Shown here: positions 1 to 5,641 of the stretch, piece by piece
Layout of the letters: every line of letters begins with the position of its first letter
Position numbering within the stretch: position 1 is the first letter of the stretch
Source of the DNA: Candidatus Pacearchaeota archaeon ex4484_71
GTDB taxonomy: Archaea > Nanobdellota > Nanobdellia > Pacearchaeales > GW2011-AR1
Assembly (NCBI GenBank): GCA_002254395.1
Contig: NJDN01000013.1
Coordinates: 1 to 9,054 of the forward strand
DNA: 9,054 nucleotides
Direction: 5' to 3'
Made by a program: the position numbers and the translations under genes
Notes under the pieces: model-generated
What the model was told of the DNA's origin: nothing
The model's input: only the letters and a program-made list of their open reading frames with translations
Database searches by the model: none

Positions 1-1777
1 AACCATAATCCCACCAGTGTAAAAAGATTTCTCCTTCAAGGGTATTGCCCCTCACCCAACTCATTGCGTTTTGCCAATCAGGGTTGTACGAAGGGTGTTG
101 GTTTTTTGCCTGATAACTTACAGTCTTATAATGCCCTGCCGAGATGTAAATAATTCCTATTATCATCAAGGCAAATACTATCCATAAAAGAATCCTCGTT
201 GTTTCGTCTTTAGATTTTTTGGCAATTTTCCCGGTTTCAAAAATCGCGGAGGCAACCATGAAGGACATGAAAGGCATCAATGCAAAGAAAACCCTTATAG
301 CAGATCTCACCGAAAGTAACATCGGAATCATCCATGCTATAATTATTATCCATTTAGTTTCTATCTTCCAATCTGATCTGGAATAAATGTATATTGTTGA
401 AACTGCAAATATGAGGAAAGAGATGAAAAAGAAAGCTTTTGACAATCCGTTGTTCCCATTAAGGGCGGAGCTTGAAGATATTCTCGAATAAAGTATCCCT
501 AGCAAGAAGATTGCAAATGAAATCGTGAATAAAGACCTAAAACTTTTTTTCCTAATTCCTTGCGAAACACGCCAACCCACAATAAGTGAACCAACCAAGA
601 AGATGTAATAAAAGACCTTTCCTATTTGGGCTATAAGATCGTTCAAGTATGGTTGAGCATTTTCTGCAACCGTTAAGCTAACCCTTGCAGTCCCAAAAGG
701 ATATATTATTGATTTTAGCATGTGTCCAATCATTGAAAACACATTTCCTACAGCGATCTGGTAAAAGATTGCGCCGATCACAATTGTTATAAGAAGAGAA
801 ATTAATTTTTGATATTTTTTGGTTTTGTCATTAAGAGTTTCTGTTTTTCTAAGAACCCCTTCAACAATAATATAAATCAATGAAACCAAGGTCAAAATAC
901 CACTAAAGTTTAACATATACGATCTTAACACGCCACTTAAAGCATATCCAAAGAACAATGCTCCCACAAAAATTCCAACAATCCACAATCCATAGAAAGA
1001 TATGTTTTTTCTAAGAGAATCTTTCCTTCTTACAAGCCATCTTATTAGGAATGCCAATGGGAAAATCATGAAAAGGAATTTTGCTCCTCCCCCCCAGGCC
1101 GCTATTGCAAACATGGTTGAGAACCCTGCAATGAATCCCACAATTCCTAAATTCAAAGGCTTAGATTTTTTGTCTAGTAAGAATAAACCCCACGTAAATA
1201 ACAAAAGTGCCAGGAAAACCCCCACCATTCCTATTGCCTCGTGATCAGAAAAACCAGCAAGGGTTCTGTAGAGGTATGGCGGAACAATTGTTAGTATGAA
1301 TGATGAAACAATAGCTATCCATTTGTTTTTTGTCAAGAACCATATAAAGAAAAAGAAGATCAATAAGCCCAGTGCAAAAAATATTACCGGATTCAAAACA
1401 TCTGCAAATCTCAATGTTGCTTCTTTAGAGAACGCGTGAATTATTTTATACAATCCTACTGTAGTCTTTGGAAGTATTTCTTTGCTCCATCCAGGGTTTA
1501 GACCCCCGTACCGCATGGAATCTATTTCGGGCAAGTGCCCTCCTGTTTCCATAAGCGTCTGAGAAATTCTTAAGAAATAGTAAGGATCTAGAGCGAGGGG
1601 GGTATACTCTCCTGTTGTTTTATCTATAAGGTTTGGGAGGGGTTGAACTCTAATCCAGACACCAAAGACAAGAATTGCAATTAAAAGGATTATAGCGATT
1701 GTATTCTGAACCTTTTTTTTAGAAAGGAATTTTATTGTTTTTTCATAACTCTCTTTAAAGTCTATCTTATCTGACAT
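1..1777 (-). CDS. aglB: Oligosaccharyltransferase AglB (STT3 family), N-terminal 592 codons; the 3' end and C-terminal domain run off the window
   Basis: Absent from the ORF track because it has no stop inside the window. I checked every minus-strand codon from ATG 1777..1775 down to nt 2 and found no in-frame stop. The translation is a polytopic membrane protein with the STT3/AglB catalytic motifs in canonical order: LDPYYFLR (D64), GFSDHEAIG (D178/E180, cf. eukaryotic STT3 SYDNEGIA), LTVAENAQP (E372, cf. SVSEHQP) and WWDYG at codons 588-592 (nt 16..2). Confidence 0.9.
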   Translation of the reverse strand, partial: MSDKIDFKESYEKTIKFLSKKKVQNTIAIILLIAILVFGVWIRVQPLPNLIDKTTGEYTPLALDPYYFLRISQTLMETGGHLPEIDSMRYGGLNPGWSKEILPKTTVGLYKIIHAFSKEATLRFADVLNPVIFFALGLLIFFFFIWFLTKNKWIAIVSSFILTIVPPYLYRTLAGFSDHEAIGMVGVFLALLLFTWGLFLLDKKSKPLNLGIVGFIAGFSTMFAIAAWGGGAKFLFMIFPLAFLIRWLVRRKDSLRKNISFYGLWIVGIFVGALFFGYALSGVLRSYMLNFSGILTLVSLIYIIVEGVLRKTETLNDKTKKYQKLISLLITIVIGAIFYQIAVGNVFSMIGHMLKSIIYPFGTARVSLTVAENAQPYLNDLIAQIGKVFYYIFLVGSLIVGWRVSQGIRKKSFRSLFTISFAIFLLGILYSRISSSSALNGNNGLSKAFFFISFLIFAVSTIYIYSRSDWKIETKWIIIIAWMIPMLLSVRSAIRVFFALMPFMSFMVASAIFETGKIAKKSKDETTRILLWIVFALMIIGIIYISAGHYKTVSYQAKNQHPSYNPDWQNAMSWVRGNTLEGEIFLHWWDYG

Positions 1778-1797
1778 TTTTTTAACAAGAAAGTTTC

Positions 1798-1806
1798 TTT
1801 TAAAAA
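1798..1806 (-). promoter_or_regulatory. TATA-like box upstream of aglB (sense TTTTTAAAA), predicts a leaderless mRNA
   Basis: A/T box whose proximal edge is 21 nt from the A of ATG 1777. There is no GGAG/GGTG between the box and the ATG. The same element and spacing occur in front of four other first genes. Confidence 0.45.
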
Positions 1807-1822
1807 CCTGTTTATGGCGATT

Positions 1823-2824
1823 CTAGAAGAAAATTACGAATCCAAGCGCGATTATAATTATCTGAAATATGTTTATTAAAAGAGGAACTTCCCACTCGTA
1901 AACTTTCCCGCTTGGTTTTATTTTACCAATTATCTTTATTGCAAGGTGCTCCAATCCGTATATCTTCTTATAAGGGGCTTTTAATGTTCCGTCTCTATTC
2001 AATTTTGCAAAGCTCTCCTTATCCAGCCTGCCTCTAAGTTTTAAAATAGCCTCTATGATGTAAGGTATGAAAAAGAACATAGCAATCATTTCTATATTGC
2101 CAAGAATTGCAATTCCCGCAATCATTGCCCCCACAGCATAGGTTAAAATATCTCCTGGGAAAACTTTTGCAGGGTATTTGTTAAATGGATACAGTGCAAT
2201 CATTGCCATCACCATACACATACTTAAAACACTTAGCCAAGGATTTCCTGTTATGAAGGTAACGACTGCGAGAGAGGTTAAGATTATGATTCCTTGACTA
2301 GTTTCTAAACCATTATATCCTGCAACAAAATTGAAAGTGGTTGTAGCACCAACAATCCCAATTGGGATTACAAGCAATGGGTAGAGCAAACCAATATCTA
2401 TTCCAAATATGGTGGAGGAACCCACATTCAAAACCATTAACGGAACGGCAGAGAATATTAAGAGAATTATCCTGGTCCTTCTACTCAAACCTCTTTTCCA
2501 TCCGAGAAGGTCGTCTACGACTCCTACAAGAGAAGCAAAGAGCAAAACTCCCATTAAAGCAAATATCTCTGGAAGGTGTGTGCTTTCCTTAAATAAGAAT
2601 GTTTTTAGAGCAATGTATAAAAACACCCCTATCGTAAATCCCATCAGCACCGGGATCCCTCCTCCTTCGGCCACCTTTTGGCCATCTTTCTTATGCATAT
2701 CTTTTGAAGTCAGCCCCTCTGTGTGAGCTCTTTTTATCCAGATTGGGAGGACACTAAAAGAAATAAGAAATGAAATCATAAGTATGGGAAAAAACAAGAC
2801 CCCTAAAAATAATAATGTTTCCAT
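1823..2824 (-). CDS. aglH: Polyprenyl/dolichyl-phosphate N-acetylhexosamine-1-phosphate transferase (GPT/Alg7-like, MraY-WecA superfamily; AglH-type)
   Basis: 333-aa multi-TM ORF with ATG start and TAG stop. Motifs are in the eukaryote/archaeon-like form of the family: KDMHKKDGQKVAEGGGI, VVDDLLG (D104 D105), NFVAGYNGLETSQG (cf. DPAGT1/Alg7 NILAGINGLEAGQ) and VFPGDILTY. It lies directly upstream of aglB on the same strand. The exact sugar-nucleotide specificity cannot be read from the sequence. Confidence 0.8.
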   Translation of the reverse strand: METLLFLGVLFFPILMISFLISFSVLPIWIKRAHTEGLTSKDMHKKDGQKVAEGGGIPVLMGFTIGVFLYIALKTFLFKESTHLPEIFALMGVLLFASLVGVVDDLLGWKRGLSRRTRIILLIFSAVPLMVLNVGSSTIFGIDIGLLYPLLVIPIGIVGATTTFNFVAGYNGLETSQGIIILTSLAVVTFITGNPWLSVLSMCMVMAMIALYPFNKYPAKVFPGDILTYAVGAMIAGIAILGNIEMIAMFFFIPYIIEAILKLRGRLDKESFAKLNRDGTLKAPYKKIYGLEHLAIKIIGKIKPSGKVYEWEVPLLINIFQIIIIALGFVIFF

Positions 2825-2846
2825 ATGGGAGATAAAAAACTCGTAC

Positions 2847-2856
2847 TTTTAAATTT
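2847..2856 (-). promoter_or_regulatory. TATA-like box upstream of the aglH-like gene (sense AAATTTAAAA)
   Basis: The proximal edge is 23 nt from the A of ATG 2824. No Shine-Dalgarno-like purine run follows. It lies 4 nt past the stop of the upstream DUF95 gene. Confidence 0.45.
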
Positions 2857-2860
2857 AACC

Positions 2861-3730
2861 TCAGTGGAAAAACATAGGGGTTAGGTAAACTTCCATCAGT
2901 CCCGCAATGATTAAAATGACTATCGAAACGAACAACAAAATAACCACATTTTCAAACACTCTTACGAATTTTCTACTTTTTATTCCATTCCTTATGAGCC
3001 CTACTCCAAGTATTCCTCCTGCAAGCGCAGAAACGAAGTATGCTGCAACTTCTGGCAGGCCATGAATCATATATCTTGAAATTCCCAAAGGGATTCCTGC
3101 AATCTTATATTTTGTGAAGATTCCTATTGCCCCGGCTATCACTGTTGCGTTCCAAGATAAGACAAATATTGCTCCCGCTCCAAACAACAGCGAAAAGAGC
3201 AGAGTGAATATGAGCACATAAATATTATTCTCCAAGATTGAAAAAAATCTCGTAGCTTTTGTAACGTTTCCTGTTGCCTCACTCATCTGAGAAAGATTTT
3301 GGAAGGAATATTGTTGCACACAATGGTCAATAGCTCCTGGGCTATTTATTGCGCAGTATGTTTCAACTTGGGCATTCAATAAATTAAAATCTCCCAAAAC
3401 AATAAACCAGAAAGAGAATGCAACCACAAAACCCAAGAAGAGCCACAAGAAAGCGAGGATGGCATCTTTGTGAACTTTCCAAACATGGATTAACCCTTCA
3501 ATTTCTTCGTCCTTTTTTTCTTCTTTTTTGAATATGTAATACATAAAAGGAAGGGTAAACATAACGCTAAACGTCACAACAATCATTCCTGAAAATTTAG
3601 ACAACACCGGATCTTTTCCAAAGAATAGCATTACTAATAACAATGACAGAGATGCATAGAGAATTCCAATGAAGAACATCTTCCATGGACCCTTCTCAGC
3701 TCTTTTTGGATTTATAAGGGACTCAAGCAT
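2861..3730 (-). CDS. SpoIIM/DUF95-family polytopic membrane protein, function unknown
   Basis: 289-aa ORF with about 7 hydrophobic segments. The C-terminal half carries the DUF95 pattern as I remember it: FFSILENNIYV ... GAGAIFVLSWNATVIAG ... MIHGLPEVAAYFVSALAGGILG (the family HG-x-x-E-x-x-A block). Residues 113-165 (nt 3236..3394) form a predicted external loop with C126, C137 and two N-x-S/T sequons (N145 NLS, N155 NVT). Confidence 0.6.
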   Translation of the reverse strand: MLESLINPKRAEKGPWKMFFIGILYASLSLLLVMLFFGKDPVLSKFSGMIVVTFSVMFTLPFMYYIFKKEEKKDEEIEGLIHVWKVHKDAILAFLWLFLGFVVAFSFWFIVLGDFNLLNAQVETYCAINSPGAIDHCVQQYSFQNLSQMSEATGNVTKATRFFSILENNIYVLIFTLLFSLLFGAGAIFVLSWNATVIAGAIGIFTKYKIAGIPLGISRYMIHGLPEVAAYFVSALAGGILGVGLIRNGIKSRKFVRVFENVVILLFVSIVILIIAGLMEVYLTPMFFH

Positions 3731-3740
3731 ATTTTGATAA

Positions 3741-3761
3741 GTTAAATAGGATTTTTAAAGG
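3741..3761. promoter_or_regulatory. Divergent promoter core: near-palindromic box TTTTTAAA (3752..3759) plus TTAAATA (3742..3748)
   Basis: Read on the minus strand, TTTAAAAA lies 22 nt from ATG 3730 (leaderless geometry). On the plus strand, TTAAATA centred at 3745 would start transcription near 3771. That gives a leader of about 19 nt containing GGTGA (3781..3785) before ATG 3790. Confidence 0.4.
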
Positions 3762-3789
3762 TTCTTGGCTTTTTGTAATTGGTGAAAAG

Positions 3790-4623
3790 ATGGTGATAAA
3801 GAACAAGAGAAAATTCATGAAAGTAGCAAACGATATAAAAGAGATAAAGATTCAAGGCGCAAGAAACATTGCAGGATGGGCTCTTTATGCCTACTTGTTA
3901 AGCCCTACTAAAGAGGCAATGAAAATTCTAAAGTCATTGCGCCCGACAGAACCTATGTTAATGAACGTTCTAAATAAACTTGAAAAGGGAGAGGACCACA
4001 AGAAAATATTAAATCATTTTTTCGAAGCTCAGAAGAAAATAAACAAATTTGTCTTTGATTTAATGGAGGATGAAGAAGTCATATTCACTCATTGCCACTC
4101 TACAAATGTTGTTAAGTCTCTGAAATATGCGAAAAAAAAAGGGAAGAAATTTGAAGTTCACAATACCGAAACTCGTCCCCTATTTCAAGGAAGGAAAACC
4201 GCGCGAGAATTAAAAAAAGCAGGAATAAAAGTAACGATGTTTGTAGACTCTGCATTAGGCGTGGCAATTTCAGGATCTCAAGGAAATAAAAAAGCCACAA
4301 AGGTATTTTTAGGAGCAGATGCTCTTTTAAAAAAAGGGGTTATAAATAAGATTGGTAGCGAGGTAATTGCCCAGGTTGCTAGGGAAGAAGGAGTTCCAGT
4401 ATATATAATCGCAGACTCATGGAAATTCTCTCCAAAAGAGATAAAATTAGAACAAAGAGACTTTGACGAGGTTTGGAAAAATATTCCTCAAAAGTCCCAT
4501 ATAAAGATAAAAAACCCTGCTTTCGAATTTGTTCACAAAAAATACATAAAAGGCGTTATAACAGAATATGGGGTTCTCCCATACAAGAAATTCATAAAAA
4601 AAGCGAGAAAGGAAAATCAGTGA
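3790..4623 (+). CDS. e2b2: eIF-2B alpha/beta/delta-family protein, most likely ribose-1,5-bisphosphate isomerase (formerly annotated aIF-2B subunit 2)
   Basis: 277-aa ORF. Family blocks present: IKIQGARNIA, FTHCHS (C102, nt 4093..4095), NTETRPLFQGR, LGADAL (D177, nt 4318..4320) and INKIGS. GGTGA (3781..3785) lies 4 nt upstream of ATG 3790. An alternative start at M10 (3817) cannot be excluded. The protein is shorter than the roughly 320-aa characterised archaeal members. Confidence 0.7.
   Translation: MVIKNKRKFMKVANDIKEIKIQGARNIAGWALYAYLLSPTKEAMKILKSLRPTEPMLMNVLNKLEKGEDHKKILNHFFEAQKKINKFVFDLMEDEEVIFTHCHSTNVVKSLKYAKKKGKKFEVHNTETRPLFQGRKTARELKKAGIKVTMFVDSALGVAISGSQGNKKATKVFLGADALLKKGVINKIGSEVIAQVAREEGVPVYIIADSWKFSPKEIKLEQRDFDEVWKNIPQKSHIKIKNPAFEFVHKKYIKGVITEYGVLPYKKFIKKARKENQ
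4596..4602 (-). terminator. Possible oligo-T terminator for pfdA (T7 on the minus strand), embedded in the 3' coding end of the convergent gene
   Basis: The minus strand reads TGA-TTTTCCTTTCTCGC-TTTTTTT, so the T7 run starts 15 nt past the pfdA stop. Archaeal RNA polymerase terminates at oligo-T tracts. However, A/T runs are common in this AT-rich, lysine-rich coding sequence. Confidence 0.25.
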
Positions 4624-5036
4624 TGGTGGTGTTCGTGCCCTTCATGGCCTTGATGTAGTTTTTGATGCTCTAAGAATGTTCTAGTAATCTCTTGGTTTAA
4701 ATTTTCTAGTTCTCGGTTTAGATCTACTTTTGAATTCTCTAACTTCTTTATTTGTTCACTTATTATCTCTTTTGTGCCAGGGATTGATTTGTCGACGTAT
4801 GTTTTGTTTCCTATGTCTATTACTAGATCTTCAGAACTAAGCTTTGTCTTTGCATAAACACCTCTTCCTATCGGTGCCAACACTTCTTTTCCTTCATTTC
4901 CTTTTAAGTCATCGAGTGATAAATGCAATTGTTTTAGCTCAACCATTGCTTGGTCTACTGCTTGCAATTGCTGTTGTAAACCCATTATTTGGGATTCAAA
5001 TACTTGAAACTTCCTTTGTAATTCTTGATCGTCCAT
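4617..5036 (-). CDS. pfdA: Prefoldin alpha subunit (GimC alpha) with a His-rich C-terminal tail
   Basis: 139 aa. N- and C-terminal heptad-like coiled-coil arms flank two beta-hairpin blocks, EVLAPIGRGVYAKTKL and LVIDIGNKTYVDKS, which is the alpha-class pattern (beta class has one hairpin). It ends HQKLHQGHEGHEHHHH. Its stop (4617..4619) lies inside the last codons of the convergent plus-strand gene. Confidence 0.8.
   Translation of the reverse strand: MDDQELQRKFQVFESQIMGLQQQLQAVDQAMVELKQLHLSLDDLKGNEGKEVLAPIGRGVYAKTKLSSEDLVIDIGNKTYVDKSIPGTKEIISEQIKKLENSKVDLNRELENLNQEITRTFLEHQKLHQGHEGHEHHHH
4659..4663 (+). terminator. Possible oligo-T terminator for the eIF-2B-family gene (T5), embedded in the pfdA 3' coding region
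   Basis: This is the first T5 run downstream of the TGA at 4621..4623 on the plus strand. The signal is weak and short. Confidence 0.2.
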
Positions 5037-5057
5037 GTTAGTTTTAGAAGTGAGGGG

Positions 5058-5064
5058 TTTTTAA
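5058..5064 (-). promoter_or_regulatory. TATA-like box upstream of pfdA (sense TTAAAAA)
   Basis: The proximal edge is 22 nt from the A of ATG 5036, and there is no SD-like element. Confidence 0.4.
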
Positions 5065-5080
5065 GGTTTTTGTGAGTTCT

Positions 5081-5641
5081 TTAGACAACGTTCATCCACT
5101 TTTTGAGGATGCTCGAGAATATAATCGAAAATATCATGTAAAAAACAACCCATCCCATAAATCCAAGGAATCTTACTGGCTCTCCGGTCTGCGCAGAGAT
5201 TGCGGAGAAGTAATCATTAAACCACCTGAAAATTAAGATAAGAGGTATTCCAGTATATATCATCGACCTCATGCTTAATTTCATTTGTTTTGGCATGAAG
5301 GACATCTGTTTTTTCTGAAGTTCCATTATCTTTTCGGGATGATCTTTAAACTCTTTCATCTGTTTTTGTATTTCTTTTTGTTCTTTTTTCAATTCTTTTA
5401 ATGTCTCTTGATCAGTGGTGTATTTCTGGATAATTGTTATAAGAAAACTAAGGATAAGAACAATCACAAGCATTCCCCATGTGAGGTTCCAATTCAGAAG
5501 CGCTCCGGCGGTGGGGTTGAAAATATATTCTGCTGCATTTTTTATCGCAGGTAGTTTGTCCCATAGAATAACGACTGCAAAAGTAAGAGCCATAATTCCT
5601 ATTATGGGTCCAAAACCTCCTTTTCCCTCTTTATTAGTCAT
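5081..5641 (-). CDS. DUF106 / EMC3-TMCO1-Get1-like membrane protein (archaeal Oxa1/YidC-superfamily insertase candidate, MJ0480-type)
   Basis: 186 aa. The architecture is TM, TM, a lysine/glutamate-rich coiled coil (TDQETLKELKKEQKEIQKQMKEFKDHPEKIMELQKKQM), then TM, TM. This matches the DUF106 layout and its conserved position downstream of secY in archaea. Its ATG (5641..5639) overlaps the secY TGA (5640..5638) as ATGA. Confidence 0.7.
   Translation of the reverse strand: MTNKEGKGGFGPIIGIMALTFAVVILWDKLPAIKNAAEYIFNPTAGALLNWNLTWGMLVIVLILSFLITIIQKYTTDQETLKELKKEQKEIQKQMKEFKDHPEKIMELQKKQMSFMPKQMKLSMRSMIYTGIPLILIFRWFNDYFSAISAQTGEPVRFLGFMGWVVFYMIFSIIFSSILKKWMNVV

Noticed and set aside
1002-1244. 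80-aa plus-strand ORF, the only track ORF in the first 1.8 kb
   Set aside because: It is antisense to the uninterrupted 592-codon AglB reading frame, which carries all the STT3 catalytic motifs. The track omitted the real gene only because it lacks a stop inside the window.
1778-1825. The aglH-like TAG stop (1823..1825) is in frame with the aglB ATG 15 codons downstream, suggesting a possible read-through fusion or recoded TAG
   Set aside because: A shared frame has a one-in-three chance by coincidence. The spacer contains a well-placed TATA-like box and encodes no domain-like sequence. TAG, TAA and TGA all terminate family-length proteins elsewhere in the window.
2362-2726. Plus-strand ORFs 2362..2592 and 2409..2726, plus other short shadow ORFs (4112..4300 minus, 4473..4658 plus, 4844..5041 plus, 5415..5660 plus, 6218..6451 minus, 6788..7063 plus, 7326..7523 minus, 8562..8753 plus)
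   Set aside because: All are nested inside, antisense to, or out of frame with well-supported genes. They show no family motifs and no initiation signals.
4620-4640. His-rich terminus as an engineered affinity tag or cloning artefact
   Set aside because: There are only four consecutive His residues, preceded by an irregular HQGHEGHE run with mixed codons. No linker, protease site or vector sequence is present, and the codons overlap the native convergent gene.
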